A DNA stretch of 64,000 nucleotides from Eledone cirrhosa (lineage: Eukaryota), in contig OZ024741.1 of NCBI GenBank assembly GCA_964016885.1, forward strand, positions 103,292,001 to 103,356,000. The letters are read 5' to 3'. The notes below the pieces were generated by a model that was not told the DNA's origin, made no database searches, and was given only the letters and a program-made list of their open reading frames with translations. Below are positions 62,164 through 64,000 of the stretch, one piece after another. Every line of letters begins with the position of its first letter. The first letter of the stretch is position 1. The translations under genes were made by a program, and so were the position numbers.

Positions 62164-64000
62164 CCGGAATGGACACACGTGTGAAACTTGCTTGGTAAGT
62201 TCTGCTTAAATTTCTATGGAAATTCTTGACTGTGAGCCTTCATTTTTATACCAATTTGTAGAGGGACTGCCAGGTCAAATTTTGATCTGGTTAGTCTCTC
62301 AAAATATTCTACGCCTTTAGGCGAAATAGTATATGAAAAAAAAATTTGGAAAAACTAACGTTTTAAAAAAAATGGCTGAATCAACAACTTCTTCACCAAC
62401 ATTCGAAGGAGGAAAAGGGAAGATATGCTTACCGCTTCCCCCTTCCACACTCATAGTAGCAGATGTCTCAGACAAAGGTCAGAGAGAGGAAGGATTTTCT
62501 CTACCTGCTGACCGACAACTTGACGTTGCCATGGCAACAAACCAAAACCAAAAAGTGTGAAACAACGAGCAAAAACAACACAACCGGCACCACCAGCAAC
62601 AACAACAACAATGCTACGAACGAAAACAACACCAACAACAACGAAGACAACAACAATAACAAGAACAACAAAAACAACAACTCCAGCACAAACGAAAACA
62701 ACCAAACACACAAAAAAAAAAAACGTTTGCAGAAAGCCTTGCCAAAGAGACAGAGTTTATAGAAATAGATCTGTCAAACCAAGCGCAGGACCTAAAGGAC
62801 GCTGCGCGACATATAACTTTCGAAGGTAACGGCTTTTGAATAAGTACCCCACCGGAAATTAGGGCCGTGACCTGAAGAAAAACAATTTTCCTCGTGAAAA
62901 TCTGCTCACAAACCAAGAAACCTATGGCTTTAAGCAATAGCACGGTGGAAACCGCACTAAAGGAGGCAATACCAGACATTACTTACCTCCAGAGGGCCAA
63001 GCACTACGGGAGCATTTCGGTGCTCTTTAAAAGCGGGGCCCTCGCCCAAAAATATTCGGTGGCTCCAATTAGAACGAGCCAACACATCTTCTTCCCAATA
63101 TACATGGGAAGAAGAACCCATAAAATAAGGATCTCCCAGATCCCACCGAACATCAACACTTGTTGGATCCTGGGTGTTTTTTTTGGAGGAGGGTGAAGAC
63201 AACCTCCTCTCTGTGAAAAAATCAATCCGACAGAACTGGAACGGGACCTCAATGGAACTTTTGGTTCAAATGAAACCGGAGAGGATTGCAAAAATACCGG
63301 AAAGGGTGCCGGTGGATAGTCATGTTGTCCACATCGCAGCAGAGGGCAAAAGACGACAATGTTTCAAATGTGGAAAAAGCACACATTTAAAAGCATTTTG
63401 CCCAATGCTGGATGTGGAAAAACAAAAGGCATTGTTGCCAACACCAAAACTACAACAGACACACTCGAAAACAACAAAGAACACTACCCCCAAACCATCA
63501 ACATTCACCCAACCATCACAAACCACAAAAGACACCACACCAAAAATACCCCTGAAGGACTCTGTCCCACCCCTTCCCCTCTGTCCAACACTCCCACAAA
63601 CACACACAAAAGCACTCCACCACATCAACAACACAACCAGACACTTCACCAACAAAACAAACACCCACATCACCACAATCACAAACCCCAACCACAAAAA
63701 GAAAACTACAAACAGAAACAGTACACATAAAAAACAAAACACATTACACTTACATAAAAACAAGAAACAAAGAACTGGTGGAAACTGTCCGAAAGGACCC
63801 CACAATACAAACGGAAGGTAAAACCTTCCCCACCAACGACCCACCCCCAAACCTCAAACTTATCAGGGTAACAACCCTACAGTACGAAACTTTAAAAGGG
63901 AACTTCCCACATGATGTGGACCTCCCTTGCCAAAAACCCCTTAACCGTGTCCTGCTAAAAGGATTCCCTCCCTCCCCAAACACCACCAATCTGGACATGA
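62164..64000 (+). mobile_element. Tx1/L1-clade LINE copy 4 (5' UTR and ORF1), runs off the window
   Basis: Asn-rich N-terminus, PIYMGRRT..I, RQNWNG..MELL, EGKRRQCFKCGKSTHLKAFC knuckle and a Pro/Thr-rich tail. Confidence 0.85.

Overview
Eukaryotic, AT-rich and almost entirely repetitive DNA; the SINE families and microsatellite load suggest a cephalopod, probably Octopus (inference). No intact host protein-coding gene is evident. The window is a nest of microsatellite-associated retroelements: R4/Dong-like RLE LINEs in (CATA)n and (TAA)n, a head-to-tail array of Tx1/L1-clade LINEs in (ATT)n, CR1-group LINEs, RTE fragments and bipartite RTE derivatives, a CRE-like fragment, Penelope-like (Naiad-type) remnants, tRNA-derived SINEs and a non-autonomous Helitron. 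Main highlights: (1) a full-length 7SL/SRP RNA fused to the 3' tail of a CR1-group LINE present in the same window; (2) several unrelated fold-back mini-elements in (TA)n carrying minimal hammerhead ribozymes; (3) a SINE whose 3' end matches the Tx1 3' end; (4) a compact pseudoknot in the 5' UTR of a full-length R4-like element. All calls are by eye, with no database searches, and element boundaries are approximate.
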